DNA from: Octopus sinensis
Lineage: Eukaryota
Assembly (NCBI RefSeq): GCF_006345805.1
Contig: NW_021831843.1
Location: forward strand, 1 to 64,000
Direction: 5' to 3'
DNA length: 64,000 bases
Each line of letters starts with the position of its first letter. Within the stretch, counting starts at the first letter, position 1. Both the position numbers and the translations under genes were made by a program. Below the pieces are notes generated by a model. It worked only from the letters and a program-made list of their open reading frames with translations. It ran no database searches and had not been told where the DNA came from. This document shows, one piece after another, positions 1-12,737 of the stretch.

Positions 1-336
1 AAAATGCTATACACCTTAGTAAGGAGTCTGCATACGTTAATGCCATGCATTGGTCAGCTTATACATGACCTGAAAATTCATAAATATTCTAAGCGTTCTA
101 ATTCTAATAGCTCAGGGGCGGTCAATGACACAAGTTCGGAGGAATTTTACAGCTGATTCTACCAGACCCAAGATTACCGCTGGTATTTCTTTTGTCAATC
201 TGAAAAGCAGAATCTCAAATCAGAACAAAGAACACCGTAAACTTAAAACAGCATGACATGTTTTTTGTCCCACAATTCACTCCGATAAAACAATACTAAT
301 GCCGTCAATATCCCTATACCCCCTGCAATCCTGACA

Positions 337-398
<62 letters not shown>

Positions 399-420
399 AA
401 ATAATAATAATAATAATAAA
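337..420. repeat. Compound (CTA)n-(TAA)n microsatellite
   Basis: Pure ACT triplet run that switches to TAA triplets. Confidence 0.95.
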
Positions 421-427
421 TATTAAT

Positions 428-595
428 AGTCGATTACATCGACCCTAGTGTTTCACTGGTATTTAATTTATCGAATCCGAAAGGATGAAAGACAAAGTCG
501 ACTTCTGCGGAATTTGAATTCAGAACGTAGCGACTGGCAAAACACCGCCAAGCATTTCGTCCAGTGTGCTAACGATGCTATCAGCTCGCCACCTT
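428..595 (-). mobile_element. tRNA-derived SINE family A (Meta-domain-like core)
   Basis: Minus strand reads GGTGGCGAGCTGATAGC (A-box region) ... GAATTCAAAT (B-box-like) ... GTCGACTTTGTCTTTCATCCTTTCGGATTCGATAAA, matching other copies in the window. Flanked by direct repeat TACAAATAATAATAATAAT (396-414 / 595-613). Confidence 0.85.
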
Positions 596-616
596 ACAAA
601 TAATAATAATAATATA

Positions 617-1165
617 CTGTACCAGGCAGTGGCACTCATGGCTTCAGATGTTAACTGATTGGAAATGCTATCATGTACATTGTTTTGTCTTGGTATAAAA
701 GATGGGCTACAGTAAATATTCTGCTCAATACCACAGAATTGCTTGTCACTTGTATGATCGTAACCAGTTGAGAATGTCCCTTACTGGCTGACGATCTGTG
801 CATCTCTGATCACGAGCAGAAGTAGTGGGGGAGCATCATAGCCATGTGTTGAGAGGGATTCTTTGGGGTTTGAATAATTCACCTCTGGAAACATTTGTGT
901 TTCATTCAATACCCTTAAACAGCCCCTATTCAGGGACCTTTTCAGCAGGATGGACTTCTCAACCTGAAGAAAATTCGAATTGGGCCACACCTGCAAGATC
1001 ATGTGCTGTTTATCTTGATATTAGATCATCATATCGCGCACATATAGTTGTGATGCATGTACCAGGTGTACCATTATCAGACGGGTAGTCATGATGGGTA
1101 TATTGGGCTTTGTATATTTTATTCCAGTGTCACTTTGATGGCATGCACACCTCTCTCTCACTCAA
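617..1165 (+). mobile_element. 5'-truncated 3' end of a non-LTR retrotransposon with (TAA)n tail, embedded in a TAA array (R4/Dong-like by target site)
   Basis: Last ~175 bp closely match 14137-14311. Both copies end ...CTCTCTCACTCAA then (TAA)n-type repeats and both begin inside TAA arrays. Clade is inferred from target preference only. Confidence 0.7.
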
Positions 1166-1222
1166 TCATAATAATAATGATAATAATAATAATCATAATA
1201 ATAATAATAATAATATAATAAT

Positions 1223-1422
1223 AATCCTTTCTACTAAAGGCACAAGACCTGAAATTTTAGGGTAGGGGTTAAATCTATTACATCAACTCCAGTACTCAAC
1301 TGGTACTATTTTATTGACTCCAAAAGGATGAATGGCAAAATCAATCTCGGCGGAATTTGAACTCAGTACGTAAAGAAACGACGAAATTTTGCAATGCATT
1401 TAATCCGATGCGACAACTATTA
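1223..1422 (-). mobile_element. SINE family A, degenerate
   Basis: ATCCTTTCTACTAAAGGCACAAG tail, CTGGTACT...AAAGGATGAA...CTCGGCGGAATTTGAACTCAG core and head. Confidence 0.8.
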
Positions 1423-3616
1423 TCAAAAGTTTTGTTTTCTAACAATTGTTAAAATCTTTGCGGGCAATTTTTCTTACAACACAAAACGTCTACGTCGACT
1501 ACGACGACGACGATATTGATGATGATGATGAAGATGACGATGATGATGATGATGATGATGATGATATGAATAAATTCTATGCATTTTAAGTAATAATAAT
1601 TTATTTCTATAATATGTAAAAAAAAAAAAAACAGAAACAATAACATCAACTATTCCAGATTTAGCAGATGGTCAAGCGGAACCGCACGTTGCAAAAAAAT
1701 AAAAACCCAATAAAATTATTCCTTAAGACGATTAATAAAAAACAGTCAACCCAAACGCAACCCACCCAGAACACCACCCCCGTCACACATATACACACGT
1801 AGAAACACACAAACAAACAAACAAACAAAACAAACGAACATAATAAGCCCATATGTGTGTTTCTCGCCTTATTTACTCGAAGACGGTGCGACTGATCTGG
1901 TGTGTCCAACGAAAAAGAGTAGGGTCTAAGTGATTGCTGTTTGTCTGCACGACAAAATTCATTAGTCATAAAGAGGTGCAGGATAAAGGGACAAAGCAAT
2001 AGTGATGGGGTTGAGGTGATGTAGGTGGCAGTGGTGAGGGGGCACTGGCGGCAGAACGTCTCAAACGAACTTGTGTTCAATAGATATTAGGTATTGTTGT
2101 TACTTAGCAAAAATATTGACCACACAGGAAAATATATTCCTGTTCCTTAAACCGATTGAATCTTCATTATAGTTTTACTGTTTATGCGAATGTAGAAGGG
2201 AAAGTATGTATCCTCTCTCTCTTCCTCCTTCTCTCTCTCTATCTCTCTCTCTCTCTCCCTCTCTTTCTCTCTGTCCCTATTTGTGTGCTCATGTATATGT
2301 ATGGATAGACAAATCTTAAATATCTTGCTCAGTTAATCAATATTCTACAATAATATATAAAACTAGATAATAGGTGTTTCTAGATAAATGATACATACAA
2401 ACACACATTATCTACCTATCTATCTCTCTTTTGCATATGTACATATATGAGTGCGTATATATGTGTGTGTGTGTAGGTTGCTATGACAAAACTAAGCAAA
2501 ACAAAATGAAACTCAGAGTAAACTTAAATTCTTGATTTATTAAAATTAACTCCGCCACTGGAAGACATATAATTACCAAACGGTATTTAAGATAAACTGC
2601 GCTTGAAAAGAGGAAACAATGTGAAGAATCAAAGATTTTTCCGAAGTTCACATGCCATAAATGAATTGACCAGGCTTATTGTCTGGTGGTAAAAGGACAG
2701 TCGTCGAAATGTGTTACTAGCCTTATTACTGTCGTCAGACCCCAATTGTCCGATCTTCTCTCCAGGAGGCAAGCGATAAATATATATGAACTCACGGAGG
2801 CTCTAGTTTAATCTTAGAGCTTCTTAAAAAAAGATAGAGTTCATATTTTGGTTTGAGATCCTTACAGTTTCATGGAAAAGAAATGTTAGTTCTAGACCTT
2901 CATCGTGAAATCTGAAAATCTTGCGCGGATTAATGTTGCTTTTCAATTCTCTAGGGTCAATAAAAGGAAGTAACTGTCAAATTTTGGTAGCATTGTCATT
3001 GACTAGCCTTCTATCCAAGCAGATGATACATCTACTCGATGTAAGTTAGCACATGCGCAGACACATATTGAACGAACACTTACAGAACGGCTTCGTAATT
3101 TGTGGGCAGCTTGGACTGTTTTTCGGTGGTTGCTGGTATCTCCATCATAACAAAGCACTTAAAGTTTATCCCATAAGCTGGAAAGGATTTCACTTACAGT
3201 CTAGAAAAGCCAAATTATGCTAGAAATTCTTCATACCGGAAATAACACAAGGAGCGACTACTCCGGCTAATCTCACTCACTTCTAAAATTGTTTGCAAGC
3301 CAACGTCGCTTCATGTCCTCTCATGGCTTCCTACTGAATTCAAGAGTTCTCGGTCTATTGAAGACGATATCTAACTGGTTGAGTGCACATGAACCCAAGG
3401 CAACAATCATCCCAATAATATCTCCCATTTAAAAAAATAATTAACAAAATTTTGTTAAATTTAGATTTCTAACGAAATTTTAATACATTAATAAAAGTTA
3501 TTATTAGTAGTAATAACGGTATCTTTTATTTACCTCTTTGACAAAGATGAACGGGACATTACAAGATGGGGGGAGGGGGAGAAAGGGAAAACGGTGAAAT
3601 GATTAAATACAATAAT

Positions 3617-3752
3617 AATCCTTTTTAATATAGGGACAAGAACTGAAATTTGGTGGGAGGGGACTGGTCGATTACATCGACCCCGGTGATTCACTGGGAC
3701 TCAATTTATCGACCCCGAAAGGACAGAAGATAAAGTTGACCTCGGCAGAATT
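3617..3752 (-). mobile_element. SINE family A, 5'-truncated
   Basis: GTCGATTACATCGACCCC...TTTATCGACCCCGAAAGGA...GACCTCGGCAGAAT. Confidence 0.8.
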
Positions 3753-3915
3753 AAATATATACAACATACAGAAAATTGCACTACTAGGCACTGCACACAT
3801 CCTACGCAAAACACTTTCAATACAGTAACCATAAGATCATCACAGCAAACCATAGCACATACCCAAGGTACACAGAGCTGCGTTGGGTAGTGAATTAAGT
3901 GAAAGCACGCTATAA

Positions 3916-3916
3916 A

Positions 3917-3977
<61 letters not shown>

Positions 3978-3982
3978 GATGG

Positions 3983-4013
<31 letters not shown>

Positions 4014-4060
4014 GATGGTGATGATGGTGATGATGATGATGATGACGATGACGATGACAA
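3916..4060. repeat. (TAA)n followed by (GAT/GGT)n trinucleotide array
   Basis: Directly visible; source of the poly-I/poly-H/poly-S ORFs. Confidence 0.95.
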
Positions 4061-4638
4061 TGACAATTTCTTATGCTTGGCACGTGGTCATAAGATAAGC
4101 AGGGCATCACACGGAAACTTTGTGCTGATATTTACCGAAAAAGATGAAGGAAAAACAATAAAAAACAAAATGTCGTGATGGTGATCATAATTTCTAACGA
4201 TAGCCGGAACTTCGAAGTCTTGGAAATAGTTTAATAAACGTACTTTACTAAAACAATCCAGAAATCATTCAGCTTAATGTTAAATTGCTTATGTATATAT
4301 ATATGTATACGATTTGACATAGAAACAAACATCAATACAGACACACGTATATACTGTACTCCGATCCTTGTCTATCCTCCTATCCACAGTCACTACACCA
4401 CATTACAATATAGTCTATGTCCACACTATTTGCATTACATCGTATTGTATTCTATCACATTCTATTGTATTCTATCATATTCTATTGTATTCTCTTCTCT
4501 ATAGTCCTACAAGGCTACTACTACACACAAACACACTCACGCCCTCTGTCTCCCGCCTTACTCTTATTCCTACTCTAACCCTTTCTCTCTCTCCTCGCAC
4601 CGCCGCCTCTATTCTAATACAATTGCTCTACCGTGCAG

Positions 4639-4853
4639 TGCTACCAGCGGATGACACACTCGGCTTGTTTTTGCTGCCGATCCTCAAAAGGAAAAACGGC
4701 TGACACATCAAACACAACACTGAGTGCCTTTGGCCGATATGTAATGAAAATACGATCGATTGTCCGCGCCGTTCACAGTCTGTTAAGTCGTAATCCAATA
4801 CACCAACCGACGAGTAGGAGGCGGGAAGACAGAGCCAGAGAGGGAGAGATAGA
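4639..4853 (+). other. Candidate exon (coding or 5' UTR) in a CpG-richer unique island
   Basis: CT-rich tract, CTAAT branch-like motif (~4614) and CAG acceptor at 4636-4638. Open frame CYQRMTHSACFCCRSSKGK...REGEI with ATG at 4651. AGA|GTAAGT donor at 4853/4854. No recognisable homology. Confidence 0.25.
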
Positions 4854-5189
4854 GTAAGTAGGTATGAGTGAGAGTGAGAGTGAGAGTGAGAGAGAGGAGA
4901 GTAAGGAGGAGAGCAAGTAAGGAAGGGAGTTGCGTCCTTCATTGTGGAACGTGTGTGAGTATTGACTAGTGCAAATGCTCGTCGATCCGTGTATGTATGC
5001 GTGTGTGAGTGAATTATGTGTGTGTTTGCGTGTATGTATGTATATATGTGTGTGTGTCGTGTGGTGTGTGTTTCTAAGCGTGTCTAATTGTGAGTGAGTC
5101 TCTGTTTCTATCGCTGTGTGCATGAGTGTAATTGCTTTGGCTGGTTTAAATACTTGTATTATATCTATATTATATATATATATATATAA

Positions 5190-5320
5190 TATATGATTGT
5201 ATGCTGTTTATGTGTGAGTATTAAGACGTATTAGTGTGTGTGTGTATATATATATATGATTGTATGCTGTTTATGTGTGAGTATTAAGACGTATTAGTGT
5301 GTGTGTGTATATATATATAT
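5190..5320. repeat. 63-bp tandem duplication bounded by (AT)n
   Basis: GATTGTATGCTGTTTATGTGTGAGTATTAAGACGTATTAGTGTG starts at both 5195 and 5258. Confidence 0.9.
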
Positions 5321-5736
5321 ATGTGTGTATCCATGTAACTCCTCAGTTTTTTTTTACTGTGATTGTATTGATGCGGATGTGTATATGTGCATGAGCTCGT
5401 GAAAGAGTAGAAGTATGTATGTATATAAATGTGTATATGCGCATTTATGCATGTATGTATGTATGTATGTGTATGTATGTGTGCATGTATGTATTATGTA
5501 TGTACGTATGTATGTCTACCCCGTGAGTGTTTGTTTTTGTTGTACATGCATCTGTGCATGTGTGTGTATGTGCATGTGTGTATGTCTCTTTGTGCGCGTG
5601 TGTCTGTGTGTGTGTACGTGTGTGTGTGTGTGAATCTACGTGTGTAACTATGTTTGTGCTTGTTTGACTATTTGCGTTTGTTTGTCGTTGCGGATGAGTG
5701 ACTGTTGTGCAGTGGTTATTGCTGTTGTTGTTTTTG

Positions 5737-5793
<57 letters not shown>

Positions 5794-6594
5794 GTATTTA
5801 TGAAGGCTTGTGCACCGAATCTCTATAGAACAGAATATATATCTTTATGTAATTACACTGTATATAAATGCTTGCATTTATAAAATATATGCATATACAT
5901 ACATACATACATGTATATATATATGTGCATATATATGTATATATATACGTATGTCTGTATGTATGTATGTATGTATGTAGTATGTATGTATGTATATATA
6001 TATATACATGTATGGATATATATATATACACATGTATGGATATTCATGCATATTATCTTGCATATATTTCCAAAATTTATATATGTATGATCACATGCCA
6101 CTTAGGTATATGCAAGTATGTTTCCATGATTGTGCGCATGCGTTCATCAACGTACACCACGGCATGATAGTTCCGGCTGCGCAGAAGTGTGTTTATTGTA
6201 GCATTTTCCTGTTGTCTCTATTCTCTGCATCAGCTTCCGCGCACAGGTTTGCATCTGCATGCAGAAATGGACGCGGTTATATTGTTGTATGGAGGTGGTG
6301 GTGGTGGTGTGTGTATGTGTGTGTGTGGTGGTGAGGACTTGCTGCTACTGCTGCTGTTGTTGATGATTGATGATGGTAGTGATTAGATGGTGGCGGTGGT
6401 GTTGGTGAAGGTGATGGTGGCTGTGTTAGTAGAGGCAGATGCGATGATGGTAGAAACTAATGTGAGGAGAACTGATACGAAATTTTTGTGAACACCAAAA
6501 AAACCATCGTAGGGTAACGAACAGCAAAACTTCATGCCATCACTTAAAGAAATAATTACTTTCTCTCCCCCATTCCCATCTTCCCCTATTTGCA

Positions 6595-6650
<56 letters not shown>

Positions 6651-8330
6651 TACTCTCTTTCACTCCAGGTTTCTACATTCTCTCGTGAATTATGCAATAT
6701 GCGTGTCCGTATTTCAATGTTAGCTTGTGTGATATCGGGGATATTTTGCTGCTATTTCTAGTAAACTGAATATCAAGGGAGTATCTTTGTTCGCGCATCC
6801 CAAGTTTTTGTTGTTGTTGTTGCTATTGTTATTGTTGTGTTTGTTGTTCCTGCTTTACCTTACAAAAGTTTTGGTCTGAGTAAATTTCCTGAGGAAAAAA
6901 AATACCAATAACGAAAATGGTGTTATCACCTATATTGTATGAAATTTCTCAGTTGATCTGTTCCCCTGCTTTTACACCATAAATCTCTAACCAGAAACAT
7001 TTCTGAACAGCTACAGGAAAAGTTATCTATACTCGAGAATCAAGTTCGCAAAGCTCTTACAATTTTGACCTACAATACACCAGGCGATCATGTCCATGAG
7101 CATCAAGACTGGGAATGTGATGAAGAGAAGGGCAACAGGTCGTCAAATACGCTTTTGGAGTTAAAGTAAAATAAAAAATTAACTAGAACTGGTTGTCTGT
7201 ATGCATGCAGCACATCGCACAGGAGACTGGAGTAATTTGGTAAGTTGACGAGTCGACATAACGAAGGCACCTGGCTGATGGCTGATGGCATATATTCATT
7301 TACGCGATTCAATCAAATCTGGGGCAATGGAGATGGTATAGTTGCTGCATTGCAGTGCGGACACAGTTTCAGCTCTTTCGACTGACAACGCCTCATCGAC
7401 CGAAATAATATTTTATATTCAACAATATCTAAAAAGCAGCCATTAATGTTAGACCCTGAGCAAATGCGTGAAACTTAGTACGTTCTCTCTGCCTTTCGTA
7501 TTATTTTGGAAGTCTTATGAAATTTCAGAATAAGCGGCAAAATTAAATCATTCAAAATCTATATTCGAAATACAAATACGAAATCTTTACCTTCATAAGA
7601 GTTACATATCGTATATCATATCACACATAGACACACACACACACACAGAAAAATAAACCCCTGTATATATTTATACAGAAACATACACATCCATATGAAT
7701 AATGTGCGTAGATATTTGAGTGATGGAGCGAAGGCTTCGTCTGAAATGAGTAAAAAATTCAAACATATCCTCTCTTTCTGTCTCCGCTATCCTATCGCCT
7801 CATCTTCGCAGTCAAAAAGCCTTCTGCTCCTTGCAAAATACTAAAGACAACCGGCTGTATTGAGAATGTCTCTTGGTCAACCATAGGAACAGTGTTACAT
7901 TTGCAAAGCAGTGTTAATCTACGAGAGATACTCTTAAACACGCCACCGTTTCTTTAAAATTAATACTCATAAAAGTGGTTAGATACTCTTTTGGAGAGAA
8001 CTGTAAATGACAATATACGACAGCGGGAAAGTATGCTGAATTCATCTGAGGCTTAGAAATCGCCATGATGACGATAGTGAGTTTGTGAGTAATGGCATAT
8101 CTGAGGTATGCGATTGCTGAGTGATGGTGCCCGAATCCTGTCACCTAATTTCTGTAGATTTATTCATTATCGCAGTTTAACAATAGATCTAAGGCAAAGT
8201 ATTTCTTTGAATCAGGTATGGTATGGCGCACACCAACACGCACCAAAACGCACGTATATGTGAGCGCGCGCGTGTGCATGTGGATGTGTGTATTCATGAA
8301 TATATACACACATGTAAAACATGTGTACGA

Positions 8331-8367
<37 letters not shown>

Positions 8368-8874
8368 CATATATATGTATATACATATATATATGGATTA
8401 TATATATTTGCATACAAAAACACACATGCACAGACGCACACGCGCGCGCACACACACTCACACACATACATCCTGTCATACGTATTCGTTCACAAACACA
8501 CACACACATATATATATAAAGGTTCACATTCAATCCATTTATATGTGTGGTCACGCAAGTTCACATGCTTCCTCCTATAAAGCGAAGAATACACAACTGA
8601 CTCATACTGCCCAGGACCTTGTTCTGGTTGGTTATTTAAATTGGGATAATTGGTCACTCTCCTGCTAATATCCTTTACAGATGAATGTGTTGTGAAGAAA
8701 CGAGTTTCAGACAAACTGACCCTTAGAAGAATATTGACTATCGCATGCACCTCCTTTTTCATGTGCCACTCTTTAACCTGCAAATTTCTAAGGTTTTGTA
8801 TGCATTCTATCCAAAATATTTTGCCTTTTATTTATATATTTATTCGTTGATATATATATACATACATATATATG

Positions 8875-8938
<64 letters not shown>

Positions 8939-9859
8939 TGTCTGTGTGTGCGTGTTTGTGTCTGTGTGTGTGTATGTGTATACAATAACTATGTTAGGCA
9001 GTTGTAGTTGTCTTTCCCTGGAACAATGCATAGCAGGACTTGAAACGCAACTCATATTTGACAATAAGCAGGGAAACCCTTTGGGACCAGGACATGGATA
9101 AGTTCATCTTTAATGAGTAATGCAGCGGAAAGGCGGGAGCGTTTGTGGCTCCCTGCGGAGAGGCTTTGGGCTTTGAAAAACCTAAAAGGAAAAGGGAATT
9201 GCGTTTCCTACAAAAGGACTAGAAATATGATGATTGAGTGAAGGAAACGTTATGAGGTCGATAATGAAATAGGAAGAGGGGGAAAAATGAGTACGAAATG
9301 TTTCTGAAAATAACGGGATTTGTGTGTTTGCGAGTCTATCAGTGAGTGCGCCAGTGTATGTATGTGTGTTGTACACGGAGGTGCATTTGTTAATAAGGTC
9401 GTCTACGCAATATTTTCTATGCTCAATCAAAACATTGATGGATTGGTGCACACGAATACTGGTAGTGGCAAGAAGGATTCATATTAGATGGATGTAATTT
9501 TATTTTTTCCCCGTTTCCAGTCAGTGCAGTTTGGCCACTCTGCTGCTCTGAGTCGATGTATTTAATTTATTAATTTTAGCTGAAATGGCAACGGAACATC
9601 AAATATCGTGAAAAATTTAGCCTTTATTAAACCCTAACATTTATCTCGCTTGTTCCAATATATTAAATAGGTAAAGTTCATTTCGTATCGTTTTTAATTT
9701 TAGTTAGGTTTGGTGTTGTTGGAGTATTGTTATCTACCATATTGTCAAGATTCTTTATGAATTTCAGAATAAGAATAATATACAACAATGTAATATCATC
9801 GTCTATGAACAAACCTGGCTTTTATCAAAATTCAGACTACCCAAGTGTAAAACAGATTG

Positions 9860-11690
9860 TGTAGCATACTAAAGTGCTGGGAATATTAAATAACTGTATT
9901 CTTAAATGGAATAGCAAATTGTGGAATTCGCGGCATACTAAATAGAATGCTAAACTATAGGGGAAGTAATATAAGATGCTATGATAACTGCAATGCTAAC
10001 TGAAATATTATATGTAATTGGGAAATGGAAATGCTAAATATTTAGAATGCAACATAAAGTCTTAATGAATTCTTAATGGAACGTCAACATATATGGAGAA
10101 TGATATGGAATATTTAAAATGGTGGGTGAATTACTGATAATATGAATGTTTTAAAGTGCATTATTTATTAAAGAAGTCATTTGGAATTTTGAAAAGAATA
10201 AAATTCTAAATATATGATATACTAAGAAGTGATTTATGAAATAATGCTAACATTTAGGGAATGGTAACTAAAATTCTGAAATATAGGGAATGCTAAATAT
10301 TAAGAATACTTGAAAGCAAATTGAAGGAATATACATGGAATTTTATGATGCAAACATTGCAACGTATTGCCAATATTATAATCGATTTAAGGAGTGTTTA
10401 AATATGAGCAATGCTATATATATTTCTTTACTACCCACAAGGGGCTAAACACAGAGGGCACAAACAAGGACAGACAAGCAGATCAAGTCGATTACATCGA
10501 CCCCAGTGCGTAACTGGTACTTAATTTATCGACCCCGAAAGAATGAAAGGCAAAGTCCACCTTGGGAAAATTTGAACTCAGAACGTAAAGACAGACGAAA
10601 TACCTATTTCTTTATTGCCCACAAGGGGCTAAACACAGAGAGGACAAACAAGGACAGACAAACAGATCAAGTCGATTACATCGAACCCAGTGCGTAACTG
10701 GTACTTAATTTATCGACCCTGAAAGGATGAAAGGCAAAGTCGACCTCGGCGAAATTTGAACTCAGAACGTAACGGCTGACGAAATATGGCTACGCATTTC
10801 GCCCGACGTGCTAATGTTTCTGCCAGTTCAATGCTATATAGAAACGTTAAAGTAATGAGCATAGTAAGTAGGGTACTAAAAATTGTGGTAGATTCCAAAT
10901 GGAAGATCAGAATGTGACGAATGTTACGTAGTATATTAAAATATTTGGAATGTAAAATATTAGGAATACTAAAATGAGGAAAACTTCTCCGGCATTTAAT
11001 ATGCAAAGACTGTTAAATATTAGGAATGCTAAAAAAGATCCTTTGAAAAGATCCCACAAAGATGGTTAAATTAAAATGAATCTGTTTGGGATTTAAAATA
11101 AGAAAGTATGCATATATCACGACTACTAAATGAGGGAGCTCTGAATACATCTTAGAGGATGGCTAAAATATAGGGAATGTGACATAGAATACTAAATTAT
11201 AAGGAAGGATACGTGGAATGCTAAAATGTATGGAATGCGACACGGAATGCTAAAACATACAGAATGCTATGTGGAATGCCAAAATATGATGGAGGCCATA
11301 TTGAATTTTCAACGATATATTTTGCTGAATATCAGAAAATCTAAAAGACAGAACTCTAATCGATACCCTAAGTTATGCTTAAATAGACAGAATGCAACAT
11401 GGAATGCTAAAATATAAATGTTATATGAAATGCAAAGATATAACGAAATCTATATAGAATTTGAAAATCCATAGATGGCTAAATATCAGTAATACTAAAA
11501 GAGAAAGATTTAAGGAGTACTTAATGGAAAAGTGAAACATATGAAATACTACATGACATGTTAAAATATAAAGAATATTATATATGTTGCTGAAATATAG
11601 AAGGACGTTTTATGGAATGCTACATTAAATTTTTAAATACAATAAACGCTAGAACGTTGCGCGAAATAGAAAAATAAAGGATAGTTATTT
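9860..11690. repeat. Old degenerate satellite built on a GGAATGCTAAAATAT-like monomer
   Basis: Recurrent (G)GAATGCTAAA/GGAATACTAAA motifs across ~1.8 kb, best preserved at 11165-11420; interrupted by a SINE. Confidence 0.7.
10421..10828 (-). mobile_element. SINE family A, internally dimeric, with 12-bp TSD
   Basis: TSD CAATGCTATATA at 10409-10420 and 10829-10840; body plus tail unit repeated with 184-bp period (10421 and 10605). Confidence 0.9.
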
Positions 11691-12544
11691 CATTAGGAAA
11701 AATATGGCGAAAATATATTCTGAGATTGAATTGTTCCTAATTTTGAGGAACAATCTCAGTTCAGAGGGAAAGCTAGTTAATCAGTGTGTCGAACAATACA
11801 ACCATTATTTATTAGGTGCTTCAACATTTTTGGTGTTCCTTGTATTTGAGTGTTAAAATCCCAATTAATTTGCAAGATGTGAAAATACTTTTTTTTGTAT
11901 TTGATGTCATAAAAAAGCAAGATCCAGCCAAAACACAATGAGTTAGCAGTAGTTACAGAGGCTTTCATCCTGATCCTCATTATCAAAATGAGCATCGCTA
12001 TCATCTCCATAATCATCGGGAAAGATAAATATCATTAGCGTAAAAACTGCCACCATCATCCACACCGACCTAACACTCACTACCACCACCGCAATCACCA
12101 CAAATATCACAATCCTCATCATCATCATCAGCAGCAGCAGCAGCATCGCCACCGCCATCACCATCATCATCATCACCACCAAAACCAACATTACAATCAA
12201 CAAGGTCTTTAATTCACCATCATAGTCGTCGTCATCATCCTAATTATCATCAACATCAGCGCCAATGTAGTCGCAATGACTATTGCGTTCGTCTGCTTAT
12301 TCTTCGATTTATCAACATCATCACCATTATTCTCAATATAATATGCTTCAATGATATCTTCCTACATATCATCATCATGAACATCATAATTCTGAGTAAC
12401 ATATCACAACCATCATCAACATTATGACAGTTGTAACCCCAACTACGAACCCAAACATCCCCACAACAACCCCTCACCACCACCACAAACCACCACCAAA
12501 ACCAACCACACTGGTACCACCATCGGAATATTCAACACCATTAT

Positions 12545-12737
12545 GGCGACGAGCTGGCAGAAACGTTAGCTCGCGGGGCGAAATATCTAGCCGTCTTTCG
12601 CCTGTCTTTACGTTCTGAGTTCAAATTTCGCCGAGGTCGACTTTGCCTTTCATCATTTCAGGGTCGATAAATTAAGTACCAGTTGCGTACTGGGGTCGAT
12701 CTACTCGACTGGCCCCCTCCCCCAAAATTTCGGGCTT
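12545..12737 (+). mobile_element. SINE family A, near full length
   Basis: GGCGACGAGCTGGCAGAAACGTTAGC head, GAGTTCAAAT B-box, GTCGACTTTGCCTTTCATCATTTCAGGGTCGATAAATTAAGTACCAG Meta-like core. Confidence 0.9.

Noticed and set aside
825-1088. 87-aa ORF of normal composition
   Set aside because: It lies inside the repeated non-LTR 3' end and shows no RT or endonuclease motif; probably UTR
9435-9450. TGATGGAT PBX-HOX-type site
   Set aside because: A single 8-mer is expected by chance in 64 kb, and no homeobox exon is visible
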